From: Vicugna vicugna
Lineage: Eukaryota
DNA: 64,000 bases
Assembly: GCA_013265495.1 (NCBI GenBank)
Contig: MU058206.1
Location: 436,001-500,000, forward strand
Reading direction: 5' to 3'
The position numbers were made by a program, and so were the translations under genes. Of this stretch, positions 22,693 to 61,500 are shown piece by piece. The notes beneath the pieces are model-generated. The model was not told the DNA's origin, did not search any database, and saw nothing but the letters and a program-made list of their open reading frames with translations. How positions within the stretch are numbered: position 1 is the stretch's first letter; each line of letters opens with the position of its first letter.

Positions 22693-25600
22693 ACCTCCCT
22701 CCCCCCACCTTCCTGGCTGCCTGAGTCATTTATACCCCAGGGCCCTGGGTTCTGTGGGTAATGCTGTAACATCCTGCCTTATCCCTGCCAGAGAGCTCCC
22801 ATGCTATCCTGCCAGGTAAGGATCCCTGCATTTTAATAGGAACCTTCAGGAGATGGGCCTTAAGCCACACGCAGGTTGCCCAATGGTGAGAGTTTCTGTG
22901 ATCCCGGCAGGGAAGGAGAGAGCCATGAGGAGGAGGAGGAACTTCTGCTGCCTCCCAGATCAGACTCCCGCAGGGTGCTCTGCCTTGTACATCAGACTGG
23001 GTCCTGAAAGCCGGCTTGTGCCTCCCTACTCAGTCTGCCCTGTAATCTACTCTTTAGCTCGCTGAAACTTGCAAGCAGATTCCAAATCAGCAATAACTGG
23101 CCTCACTGCCCTTCTTGCCACAGCCAGCCGCTTGGGGTGAGGTCTGAAGCAAGGGAGTAGGGTCAGGGGTACCCGCTGATGAGGGTTGAGAACTGGAAGG
23201 AGGCAACAACCTGTGTTACTCAGGGCTCTGGACTGCCCCGTCCGGAGGGCGGGGAGGAGGAAGTGAGTCAGTGGGCACAGCGATTCATGCCTCAGAATTC
23301 TGACTTTCCTTTTCAATCCACTGAGCCAAGACGTTTGTCCCAACAGGATCCCGTGGTGGGGGAGGGGATGGAAGCAAGAGGATATTTATGAGACAAAACT
23401 GGCCTCTCAGTCACCTCTACTGGGTTCCCTTTTTTAGGGCCATAAAGAGTATGTGGCCACCTGAATCCAGCCAGACAACAGTGGTTGAAGACCTATTGTG
23501 TGTGAGGGACCATTGTGGGTGCTGGAAATACAGATGTAATCAACAGTCAGCCCAGCTAGCTCTTGGTGAGTGATTTCTGGATCCCAATTCTGCTATTTTT
23601 CAACAAACCTGTGAGTCTGGTATTTTTACATCCAATTTATAGTGAGGAAACTGAGACTAAGAGAGGCGAAGAGACTTGTCCAAGGTCATAGCCCTGTCAG
23701 TCCATAATCTATAATCACACTGAAGCTCAGGCTCTAAGTCAGTGCCAAGGCCGGGAAGACACAGTAGTGATTACATCTCTGTGTGTGGGTGTGTGTGTGT
23801 ACAAAGAGGTGCAGGGGGCAGGGGTGAGGGAAGAAAGTGAAAACTCATGGAAGATTTTGAAGAACAAGTGGATATTTCCCAAGTGGACAAGGGGGTATAG
23901 GGCATTGCAGACAGAGGGACCAGCATAGGCAAAGATCAAGTGGCATAGACTGGCTCTGGTGTGTCATGAAATCCTGCTGGGGGTGAGGCATGGGGACAAG
24001 GGAGAAGGTGGTGGGGACAAGAGGGAGATGCTGAACCTGTTCTAGACACGCAGAATCTGAGGACCCTGCGAGTGGCCAGCTGGTGTTGAACATCAAGGCT
24101 GGAGCCTGGAGGAGGTGCTTGGGCGGGAGTCATCAGCATGGAGGAGAATGCTAATATACCAAGGGTGATCCCAGGAGGCAGAGGGATGAGAACCATAAAC
24201 AGAAGCCCAGGGTGGGCTGAGGAGTCTCGCAAGGGAATGAGGGTGCTGGGCAGGGACAGTCAGGAAGGAGGATCAAGAGAGGTCACAGAGGAGTTTAAAT
24301 ACAGAGGGCAGTCAGCAGGGTCACTGCTGCCACTGCAGAGAGGTCAGCAGCAAAGAATCAAAGACTACTGGCTTGGTTTACCGATCAGAGGAAGCTGGTG
24401 CCCAAGGAGGTAAGGTTTCAATGAGATGAGGAGGCTGAAGCCAGGCTGAGGAGATAGATGGGACCAAGGTAACTGGAGGGTAGAAACCCTACTCTGGGGA
24501 GAGCAGACAGGTGACTGCACTCCGAGGATGTTCTGTCTAAGCTGTAGTGTCCTGGAAGAATAGAAGTTACCCATGATGACTGTGGGTGGGGTGGGGCCAG
24601 GGTAGTGGGGTTCCTGATGGAGGTACTCACGCCTCTTCCACCCTGGGCATCTCAGTATTCTCAGTTGTAAAGTAAGTGACATCTCCATCTTATAAGGTTA
24701 TTAGAAAACACATATAAAGAGTTGGACACACAGTAGGTGCTCAGTAAACATTAGCTCCCTTTCTGAATTCAGTTTTACATAAAACACTCAGAGACACATA
24801 GTCACCTAGTCAAACATGTGTGAAGGCGTAAGGGACCAGGTGCACAGACATGTGTCCCAATCAATATACACGTAGGAGCGCTTCACGGACAACCACACGT
24901 GGCCCTCCACCCCCAGAAGAATCTCTAGGAAGTCAGTAGGCGTGTGGGGGGGAGGTGGATGAAGTCCCCCACCTGTCCTGATTTCCCACCTGAGCACAGA
25001 ACCCTGCCAATAAGAAGGCGGCTCCCCAAGAAATGGCTGGTGAGGGCTGATGGCTCAGCTTGGCTGGGGTTACCAGGTGGGCCCCCATGGCCTCCCAAAC
25101 TTGAAGGGACCATCTTGGCATGAGGTAGGGACTGCTCTAGAGCCCACCAGAGTCATAATCTCCCAGCCAGGAGGGCAGGGCATGTGCCCCAAGGCCAGGC
25201 CATGGAGGGCAGTGAGGGGACCCTATGGAGAAGGTCAGAGGAAGTAGAAAAACAAAGGGGTTGGCCAGCAGGGAAGTTTCCTGATGTTTGGGGTCCTCTC
25301 ATCAGGCCCCTCCGTGGGGGTCACTGCCCATTTATCCCTGGAACCCCTCCGGTCTTCCCCTCTCCCACCCGCCACGCACCCCACCACATCCATACCTGAA
25401 GTCCAAGTCAAATCCGCGCCTTGGGTCCTTCTCCCTCCCTCCCTCCCTCTGCCCCTGCCCCCACTTAGCCCACTCCATCCATTGCCCAAATTATTACAGC
25501 AGCCTCTTCCTGCCCTCCAGAGTAGTCCCTCCTGGCAATGCCAACATCATGGTGTAGCTAAAATGTTCTTTCTAACATCCCTCATTGTTCCACAATCACC

Positions 25601-26473
25601 AGCCCGAAAATATAATGCAATGTGGGTTTAGCCTGTTTAAATTTGAGAGCTTTGAGAATGGAAGGCCAGGATGAAACCCTGGCCCCTGAAGATGCTCTTA
25701 TCCATCTTTGAACCCCTGGAGGTTCTCAGCTCTGTGCCAACATGTGTTCAGTTGTCAATGAATGTTTGAGACTGACATATTCTGAGCCAGAGAAGTTTTC
25801 TGGACCGGGTGCCTGCCCCGCCCCCATATCTGGGTCACAGGAGAAAGGAAATCTGATAAACCCATTCACGCTTCACTGCTCCTCCCTCCCTCCCAGTAAT
25901 TTGCATTTTCAATTCAAGTCTGAGATAGAGACTTGAGTCTTAATTCAATAGCTGAGATTGGGTCCACTTAGTTCAACAAATATTAGGAGCCTTGGGACAT
26001 GAGGGCTGCCTGATGAGGAATAATAAGGGATTTCTTTCAGAACTTTCATTTCATAGAGGGTGAAATTGAGGCCTGGAGGAGGAAAGTAATTTGCCCAAGG
26101 TGAGAGGGCAGAAGAGAGCCTGCATTCACTCCCAGGGAACCACAATTCCCCTCCATCACTATCTCTCCATCTACACGCTGCCCGTCCAGTGAGAAGTAAG
26201 TGAGGAAGTGGTGTGGTCCGGGTGGGGCTCTGGAAGAGCGTGGGGGGGCATAGAGGAAGGCTGGTGTGAACACAGCAAGCACTGGATAAATGGAAGGTAA
26301 CTTTACAGACATTGTCATGTTGCAACTGGGAAACTGCACTGCAAACTAGGCTCCAATTGTTCTGCTTTCTTTCCCAAGGCTCCCTCTTGCTAGTCCCTTT
26401 CTTCTCACTTATCCAGATACTCCTCCTTCAGGGAGCCTCCCTGACCCTACAGCAGAACCTACAGTTTGTATGT

Positions 26474-26867
26474 TGTTATGGTCACCCATAGAGGCAGATG
26501 GACCCCATCCAACATTTGGTTCAAGGTCACAACTGATGATGTCAAACACACACCAAGAGGGTACGAAAAGGCTCACTATTTACATAACTGAGGTCTCTGG
26601 AGGAGTGGGGCGCCCCCCCACCTCAAGCAGGTCCAAATGGCCTGAGAGAGCAAGGAAAGGAGACTGGGTGAGGGAGTGAGGCTGAGTAAGTATTTGTGCA
26701 GAAATGGGTTTCCACGGTTCGAATTTCCCGTGGACGCCAAAGGAGGGAAATCAGGCTTTTTCATCAGCTTGTCCAGGTGCGGGGCCCAAGGGCAAGAGGG
26801 AGAGGGGATGGTTTCAAAGGTGTCAGCAGTCAAACATCAAAAAAATGGGCTCGGACTCCTCATTACA
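26474..26867 (-). mobile_element. ERVL-type LTR, MER54-like
   Basis: Reverse strand starts tgtaatgaggagtccgagcccatttttttgatgtttgactgctgaca; TG/CA ends; family from memory. Confidence 0.55.
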
Positions 26868-29791
26868 CATTTTATTCTCTGTGTCTACATTTCTAGGTGG
26901 GTCCCTTCTCCACAGGGAAGGGTTGGAGTGATAAAGCCACTGAAAGATCACTTGAGGCTACGGATGATAATGTCACTAACATCAGAGGATTTGGACCTTC
27001 GACATGAACTTGGGATTTCTCTTTCTGCATCTTTCCAGCCCAGAGACGCTTCCAGTCCCCACATCTCCCTCCATCCCCATTCCATCTCCCCCAGATCTGT
27101 CCGACACTCCCCCACATTCCTTAGCTCTGGCCCTCCCCCTACCAGGCGGCCCTGCTCCCGCTCCCACATTCCCTCTGGACACTCCCCTGGAGTGGAAAAA
27201 CCACCCTCATCCTTTTCCTGCTCCGAGCCCCAGGATCGGACATGCTGGTCATTCCTGTTTGGGATGGCCAAAGAGATAACGCCTGGCATGGAACCCATCT
27301 GTCGTCACAGGACTCTCAAAGCTGTTTTAGGTGAGACCCCTGCCCACACTCATGTCCACTCTGGCCCTTGAACTCCTGGCCCTGGATGCTTCCCTTTCTC
27401 CAAGAACGAGATGGGGGACCCAGCAGCCAGCTGGACGGAGAGCAAGGTAACTGTTCCACTTCCATCCAAGTCAGCTTCCTGTTCCTTGCCCGACATCTCC
27501 CAACCCCTGGAGGCTCTGGGCCACAGGGCAGACCACCGAGAGAGGTTGGGCAGCTCTGAGAGTCATGGCTCAGGAACAAACACTGCCCTAAGGACAGACA
27601 GGGACAAGTGTCCTCTCTCCAAATACTGCAGAGAACGTTGCTGTTACAGCTGCTTTTGTTCAGGCATGTCTGTTTGCCTGACCAACATCTGCCTGGAGTT
27701 TGTCTCTTTAAAGACACAGCTGTGGCCTGTGACCTCCAGTCCAAGCTCTGCCTCCCATGAGCTGTGTGACCTTGGACATCCAGGTTCTTTCTTAAGTCAA
27801 ATGAGAAGTCAAATGAGGCCAGGAGAATGAAATGAGTCTGCACTTGAAAGGATTCATAAGCTGTCAAGTTCAGCTCAAGTCCCTTCCTCTGAATCTAATT
27901 CTGTACTCCAAATTCTTTATCCTTTTCCTTAAAGAGGGCTCCAAATTGTACAAGCTTCAGGCCCTACCAAACTTAGATCTGCCCTGGGTCTGGCACAAAT
28001 GTTAATTATTAGCATAAGTGGTCAAGAAGGGCTCTGGGGTCAGATAACACAGGATTAAAATCCAAGTTGTGTTGCCTTCAAGTTGCTTAACCTCCCTGAG
28101 CCTCGGTTGTCTCATCTTATAGCAGAGCTAACACCTCAAAGATTGTTGTGAGGATTTAATTTAATAATATTTGTAAAGCACTTAGCATAGTTTCTACTGT
28201 ACAAGCACTACCCTATGATGTTTTTTGTTTGTTTTTATAAACTCTCAGAGATAGGGGCTCTAAAATGAACTTCAAGGGAATGAGCTGCTAAGGACTGAAC
28301 TCCTGGACCAAAATAGGAAAGCTCCGTTAGCCTAGAAAAAGGAATGCACAGGAGAAATGGGTTTTTGTGCTGCAATAAGGGAAATCTGCGTTAGACTCAA
28401 GAAAGTACAAGTATCTCTCGAAGCTCCTTTTTCATTACGATTCTTTTGCAGATTATTAGACCTTTGGGCCCCGCCCTCCTACCTCCCCCTGGTGCCACCC
28501 ACGACACACCTGTAGGGGCGTGAGTCCTCACCCAGTCTCAGTTGGAGCCTGGGTGGGAGGAGGGGACCTTTGGGATTCTGCTGGGCTGGGCCCTGAAGGC
28601 AGGGGTGGATGAGAAATGGGTACAGTCTGGGCCGAGCTCTCCGGCCACGCACTGCATTCTAAGGAGAAGAGACTTATTTTCACATCGACGGGATAGCGAT
28701 GATACAAGAGGTATCAGAAATTACATCCCTTCGGGGAAAATGCTATCTTATTGTTAATTAACATTAGTGATGCTTGGTTATTCCCATTGCTAAATATCTG
28801 TCTAGCTTTGCTGAGAGACCATTCCCAGCACGGATTAGGGTGGATGGGGGCAGGTTGGCAAAAGAAATAAATTTTGACAAGGACGACGAAGGGGCTGGGT
28901 ACGAGGAAGAACGCCCAGAGACCGCTAGCAGCCTCTCAGAGACTCACAGCGCAGCGGAGGCGAGTAGGGCATTCCAGCCAGTGGCTTGCGATGTAGGTTC
29001 CCTTATGCGCCAGCGCTGGGGCTCTCCACCCTGACCCGCAGAGGTGGCCGCGTCCGGAACCGCCTTTCCAGCAGCCGTAGCAGCCGCAGCAAAGAGGCAG
29101 GACAAATCCCACCCCCGGCCCCGCCTGTCCAATCCATCTTGCTCGGGAGGTGACGCTGCTCGGGAGAAGCAAGGGGCGGGGAGGGGAAATCCAAGCCTTT
29201 GGGGGCTCCCGACAGGTGTCTGGGGGAGAGGGCGGAGCCGGGTTAGGGAGGATGAGGAGGGAGGGGCGCTGCTGCCCCTTTAAGAGGCGGCGGCGGAGCC
29301 GGGACCTTTTCTCTTTCCCCGGAAGGAAAGCGTAGCCCGAGCCGGGCGCGCAAGGTGGGGAGGTGCGGGGCTGGGCGTGGGGAGGCGGGGCGCGCGCGCG
29401 GGGCCCCCCTCCCTCCCGTCCTCCTTGCGGTCGACCGGTCTGCCTGCCCAGATCCGCCGCCGAGCCTGGATCGGAGGCGACAGTGGGACCAAGTGGGCGC
29501 GGCCGGCACCAACTGGGGGTCAGGGTGCCCGGGGCAGGGAGGCGGTGACCCGGGACTGGGCAGGAGGGAGAATAGACCCTCGGACCTCCGAGGTTCTCTG
29601 AGAGCGCAGACCCTGAGCGGACGCGAAAACGACCAGGGCTGGGGGCCAAAAACTGATCAGCGCTGAGGGGCTCAACGACGCGGCCGGCCCGAGTGTTCTC
29701 CGGTGGCGCCGGGGAGCAGGTGAACAGGTCCTCACTCCCAGCTCCACGCCCTCACGCACTCTCGCCCGGAATCCCGCTCCCGCCTGCAGCC

Positions 29792-55917
<26,126 letters not shown>

Positions 55918-57155
55918 CACCCTCCCTGATCCCACCCCCTGTTCCCCCTGTGTCCCTTTCTTCTATTTATCGTAAGTTATGCCCCGACAGCCCGCAGGAG
56001 CTGCTGCCTTTGGCCGGCACCAGCAGGCTCAGACACACACACCTGCTCAGGTGCACACATGTGCCGCCCAGTCATGGCCTTCTCCCTGAGGGAGGGCTGG
56101 GACCATGGACCTTGCATGGCTGAGCACCGCAGCCCTGTGCCCTGGACACATATGCACATGTGTGGGTCGCACTGCTTGTGGACTGTGTATGTGCACTCTG
56201 GATGGTGCGTGGACCTACATGTCCCAGCCTCTGCCAAAGGTGCCAAAACCAAGCCAAAGGGGCTCCACCAGAGCCAGGAGGAAAAGGCCCCCAATGTGGT
56301 GACACCTCCTCTGTTCACACTGGACCCATCATGAGCCATAGTCACTGAACTGACTCTGCCCTCGCATTGAAAACTACTGACAGGGAGCCAGGCCACCAGG
56401 ACCCCGGCTGCAGCTCCCAGGACCCATGCCAGAGAGTGGGGCGCCTACCTGAGGTTGTCCCTGGGGCTGCTTGCAGGATCTGGCATGTGCAGACCCAAGA
56501 GCAGGATGAACTGGAAAGAAGGTCCCCAGGATGGCTTTCTTTCATGCATCACTGCGAAACCTCTGTCCTCAGCCTCAGCCGGTCCGAGCACTAGCAGGAA
56601 ATGCAGCCATGAAGAAACAAAGATGGACATGCTGCTAGACAGCCTTGACACACTGCTGGGACTGCCCTGGGAGCATGTTGGAATCCTCAACAGAGGAGGA
56701 GACCGGTCCTGAGCCAAGGAGATGTTGGAAGGATACAGAGGAGAGACCACTTCTCATCCACATTAACCATCCCAGCCTCTGAAGGCCTGGAGCGACCCCC
56801 ACAAGATCACAGAGGGAGCGACACTTGAATGTAGAGGAGGAACGGAGCCCTGTGCCTGCCCTATCAGCCAGATTCCACTCTGCCTCCAGTGACCACGGGC
56901 TGGGGACCGAGAAGTGGAGCTCTTGGCTGTCCTTGGCTTTCAGAGCCAACTTGGCTCTGCCTCCTCCCCTGTGACCCATTAGAAGTTGAGGCTGGTTCCA
57001 GAAAACCTCTCCTGACCCCTGCCTGTTGGCAGGCCCCCTCTCCAGCCTCTACCCCCTTCCACGGTACTGTAGCAGGGGAGTTCCCTCCCCTCCTTGTGCC
57101 TTCTTTGTATATAGGCTTCTCACGGCAACCAGTAAACAGCTCCCAGTTTGTACAC
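55918..57155 (+). other. ITGA3: ITGA3 3'UTR (end approximate)
   Basis: Follows the last coding exon; contains several miRNA seed matches, UGUA elements and AGTAAA at 57131. Confidence 0.65.
57131..57136 (+). terminator. Probable ITGA3 poly(A) signal, variant hexamer AGTAAA
   Basis: ccAGTAAAcagctcccagtttgta, preceded by TGTA at 57068 and 57106; I saw no AATAAA in the 3'UTR. Confidence 0.6.
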
Positions 57156-58398
57156 ACCGCAGCTGCCTCCATCCACCCCCACCTTTCCAGCCCCATTCAG
57201 TCTGATGGATCATGATATCTAGCTGACCCCCAGGTGGACAAAGCCAGGTGCAGGGGTCTTAGACACTGGGAGGGTGAAGTTCTGTGGAGGAGATACCTGC
57301 TTCTGTTCCCAGGGGTGCCCCTGTCTAAGGGGTGGTCATAGACACGTAACTGAGATCCAGAACATCAGAGGAGGGGAAAGATCTGAGTAGACTGGATGGA
57401 ATCCAAAATGGCTTCTTGGTGGACAGTGCACTGTCTCTGGGGAAGGAGGAGGGCTTAGAGGTGGTGGTGTGAGGGTCTGGAAGAGGCAGGAAGTGTCTTT
57501 GCTATAGAAACCGGTAGTCCTGGGTAATGATGGAGGGAGGCTGGGTGCCTGGCTGGAGAGATGAGAGTCCTAGTCTGGAGGCTGAATTTAGATAAGAACC
57601 TGCTTTACTGCCTTGGTTTCCCCATGACCACCCCTAGGCTCCATGATGAGTAGATCAGAAGGTGAACCAGTGACCCAAGACTGGGAAAACTGAAAGGTCA
57701 TAGTATCCATTCCCCAGCCTCCAGGCAGGAGTACCTGGATCCCTAGTCTGCGGCTGTTCCTCCAGGAGTGCTCTGTACCCAGACCACAGCCACCATATCG
57801 GGTCCAGTTCTCCACTGCCTCCTCTGTGCCAAGGTTATCTCTGCCACACAGACCTTGGGGGTGGAGCGAGGCTGTTTCCCTATGACTTCTTTGTCCTAAA
57901 TTGTGGTACATTTCTTCTGTTAATTGTTCCCAAGGCTGTGACCTTTGGCAAGACAGAAAGCTGGAAATTACTACCCAGAGAAGCCTGGAGACAGATCCTC
58001 GGGTCAGCTACTCAGAGCGCACAGACCCAGGCCGCTGTCCCGGGCCCCTCCTGAAGCTGCCTTCCGGTGGCAGCTGTCTGCCCTCCACCCTCTCTACCAG
58101 AACCCGCCTCCCGCTTTCTGTGCTGGTATTTGCCCCTTCCCAGGTTGACTGACAGTGAAATGTCCAGTTTCTCCAGAAAAAAACCCCAGCCCCTACCCAG
58201 AGCTTCCAGAACCAGTCACTGGAAACTTCAGTTTGTTTTCCAGAATCTGAGTTATTCACTGGGTCAGGAATAACACACGTGTGGGTTGTCAAAGCAGAGC
58301 TCAGTCCATCTCAGTCCAGTCCTTTGCAACCACTTCCTGTGGCCGGCTTCCCAGGGGCCCAGCCCATCTCCTGTTGGATGAGAACTCACAGTCTGCTG

Positions 58399-58456
58399 TC
58401 TCTCTCTCTCTCTCCCTCTCCCTCTCTCTCTCTCTCATACACACACAAACACACAC
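58399..58456. repeat. Compound (TC)n(CA)n microsatellite
   Basis: Direct reading. Confidence 0.85.
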
Positions 58457-58619
58457 CCCAGAGTAAGTCATTTTCAGGACTGGTTCAGCTACACTTTCAT
58501 GAAAGATACCAGCAGAGATGCAGCAGTGCCCACTTCTTATGAAAGGACCATTTATAATGCCAAGCTTCTTGAGCTCCTTGAAGCTGTAGCACCTCCAAAC
58601 TGTTTCAGAAGAGGTCTTG

Positions 58620-58967
58620 GCTGTTGTATCACTGAAAGAACCCATAAAGTGATTCTCCCTCTTCTGGGCACGTGGCTGGATTGCACTTCCTGGGCCCGCC
58701 TGGTTGGATGAGGCCATGTGACTAATTCTGGCCAATGAGTAGTCGGCAGGAGGGAAGTGGATCAGTTCTGGGCCGAGACAGTTAACTGCTGGATGAGACT
58801 CTCCCAGTTCTGCTGCTTCTGCTTCTGCTGCCATGGCAGTCTGTGTTAAGATGAAGCTTCTGTCAGCCTGAGTCCCTGAGAGCCCCCCAACCAGCCAGTG
58901 TCTTACATGTAGTGGGAAATTTGGGGGTTCATTACCTCCCACCCCCCAACCTAGCTTGACTGATACA
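58620..58967 (+). mobile_element. Old MaLR LTR (MLT1I/J-like) between ITGA3 and PDK2
   Basis: ggccatgtgactaattctggccaatgag..cagcctgagtccctgag..ttgactgataca end. Confidence 0.55.
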
Positions 58968-59769
58968 CCACACCGCTCCCATTACCACCCTGCAGAGTCT
59001 CTGCAGGAGGAGTTTGACCCAAGCACGGAGCCCCTATTATGGAAATCTAGCCCTAAGGGAAGAGTCATAGGAAACCTCTTATACGAAGTCTCAGAGATTA
59101 CGGCCTTTTCCTTGTTACTTTAATTTTGACAATAATAGTAATACCTGCCATTTATTGATTATATACTGTGTGCCAGACACAGGGCTCAGCTTTTTACATA
59201 CACTTTCCTGTATACTCTTCCGGGCAACCTGAAGACTGCACTCACCAGCATCATTAACGACTTAACTGCTAGCTGGATGGATGTTTGCTGGTCCTCCCTG
59301 ATATCCTTGTGGCATAGCTCCCTGATGACCCCCAACTTCTTTTTTCACCTTCATTTCCCTTCACTGTGCCAGGTGCTGAGACAGAGCAGTGAATAAGACA
59401 GACATAGCCCTGCCCTCATGGAGTTTAAAGTCTAGTTGGGAAGACAGGTGAGTCAGCAGATGATTAACACTCAGCGTGATAAGAGCTAAAATGGTGCCAG
59501 GTCAGGAGGTCTAAGGAACTGTGGAGGGAGCCCATAACCCAGCCCATAACAGTGCATCAGGGACCTGAAGAATGGGCAGATGAAAGAGAGAAGAAAGAAT
59601 GATCCCGACATAAGAGACAGCATTGCAACAGCTTAGAGCTTGGAGACTGGTTCAAGGCAGTAGATAAGTATGGCTGGGAGCTGAGCAGGGGAATGGGAAG
59701 AGATGAGGCTGGAGCGACCAGCCAGAGCAGCTCGTGTAAGAACTGGAAAGGCTCCAGTAAGAAGTGGTG

Positions 59770-59890
59770 AGGTGGGTGGGTGTAGCTCAAGCACTAGGAT
59801 GCAGGAGGTCCTAGTTTCAATCCCCAGTATCTCCTCTAAAAATAAACAAACACATTTAATTATCCCCCTCAAAAAATAAAATAATAAAAT
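59770..59890 (+). mobile_element. Diverged, internally deleted Vic-1-like SINE
   Basis: gtgtagctcaag..gaggtcctagtttcaatccccagta; A-rich tail. Confidence 0.65.
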
Positions 59891-60849
59891 GTAAGGACTG
59901 GGAAACTTCAAAAAAAAGTGGAGTGCCATCAAAAGGCTGTGAGCAAGGGAACTAAACACGTTCAGATTTCAGCTGAGAATGACCCCTGAACCTGTTTCTT
60001 CATCTATAAAATGGAGATAATAATAGCATCTGGAGAATTAAATGAGATAATACGTGCAAACAATGTCTGGCACATAAATTATTATTCATTCAGCTAAGAG
60101 AGTCACTTCCATTGTAAAGCCTTGCCTATAGTTCAGTGTTGACTATAATAGCATTCTGTTATAACCATTCGATTATTTACTTATGCCGCTCTCTCCCTAA
60201 CTGGGAAATGAAACGATCCAGGAAAAAGACCACGTCCCAGTCCGATCTGTGTTTCTCGTTTCCAGCACAAAGCCTAGCACCTTTTAGGCACTTGGTGATT
60301 GTGGGCCCAGGACTTAACAGTGAAAAACATTTCAAAGGGCTAAGTCCGAGGACAGGACATACCACATTCTACCACAAGAGGGCGCGCTATGTTCCCACGA
60401 GAGAGCCAGGCTGCTGGGGAAGGGTGGGCTCCCGACCTCCAGCACAAATCACCTTCCAGGACCTTTCTCGAAGGAAGCCTAGTGCGAAAAGGGTTGCTTT
60501 CTCAGGTCGAGTAGAAAATAATAAAATAAAAGTGTTTTGAAAACTTCACTTGTAGCACTGATGGTAGGGGTTGCCTCCGCCGAGCTAGGCGTTAGGGTTT
60601 TGACTGCGTGTTTTTTAACCAGAAAAGCAAAATACCGTCTTTTCCTGAGCCGCTTGAATCTTTGTGCAAGTGTGTGGCTGCATGTCTACATAAAGGATTA
60701 ACATGGTTTCGCATCCTGATCCCGAAGTTTGCAAACATTCACAGTCCCAGCCACTGTCATCCGGACTGGGAACCCACCAGGCCTCCTGAGAGAACAGATG
60801 GAGATCAGAACAAATGAAACAGGCCGCTTTGGGAGGAAAGGGATGCATT

Positions 60850-61500
60850 GAAAGCTACCCGGGCAATCTCAGGGAGGACTAGTGAAGGAGATTCGGGGAG
60901 GGAGCGGGGAAAGGAAGGAGTGTGAGAGGAAGAGGAATAACGGGCCTCTGGGGAGGAAGGGGTTAACCCAGGCTGCGGGCCCGGAGGAAGAAAGGGCGGA
61001 GTGACACCCGGGAGGCGGGCTCTCGCCGCGGCCTCTCGAAAACAACAGGCCGCTCCAGGTAAACACAGGGTTAAGGGGGCGGGTCCAGCGGCAGCCACGT
61101 GCCGGGGCGAGAGACTATTGGCTCTCCAGGAGTTGTTTGTGAGCCGCCATTGGCGCCGTCGGGGCGCCGCGACGAGCCGAGGGAGAAGGCGGCCTCAGCG
61201 GCGCGGGGCCGGGCTAGGCCGACCCGAGCGCCGGCGCTGCCCGCGCGAGGACCGGAGTCTGAACCCGAGCTCGAGGCGCGGCCGCCACCGCCATGCGTTG
61301 GGTCCGCGCGCTGCTGAAGAATGCGTCCCTGGCAGGGGCGCCCAAGTACATCGAGCACTTTAGCAAATTCTCCCCGTCCCCGCTGTCCATGAAGCAGTTT
61401 CTGGACTTCGGTACGAGTGGGTGAGAGGCGGCTAACAGCGGGGGCCCGCAGAGGGGGTGGGGGGTGGAGATGAAGGGGTCCTGGCCGGAAGGGTTAATGC
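60850..61500. promoter_or_regulatory. PDK2 CpG-island promoter
   Basis: Dense CpG around exon 1; FOX-type GTAAACA 61059-61065, E-box CACGTG 61096-61101, inverted CCAAT 61117-61121. Confidence 0.85.
61293..61410 (+). CDS. PDK2: Pyruvate dehydrogenase kinase 2, coding exon 1 (mitochondrial targeting N-terminus)
   Basis: gccaccgcc[42 protein letters not shown](G); donor G|gtacga; 118 nt. Confidence 0.96.

Noticed and set aside
26676..27371. 231-aa ORF
   Set aside because: Begins inside an LTR remnant; no domain or splice structure; expected by chance in GC-rich DNA
28936..29649. 237-aa antisense ORF over the ITGA3 promoter
   Set aside because: Stop-codon depletion in a CpG island; Pro/Arg/Gly-rich translation with no homology I recognise
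29693..29791. In-frame GTG-initiated N-terminal extension of ITGA3
   Set aside because: Near-cognate start with no supporting evidence; ATG 29792 has a strong Kozak context and gives a normal signal peptide
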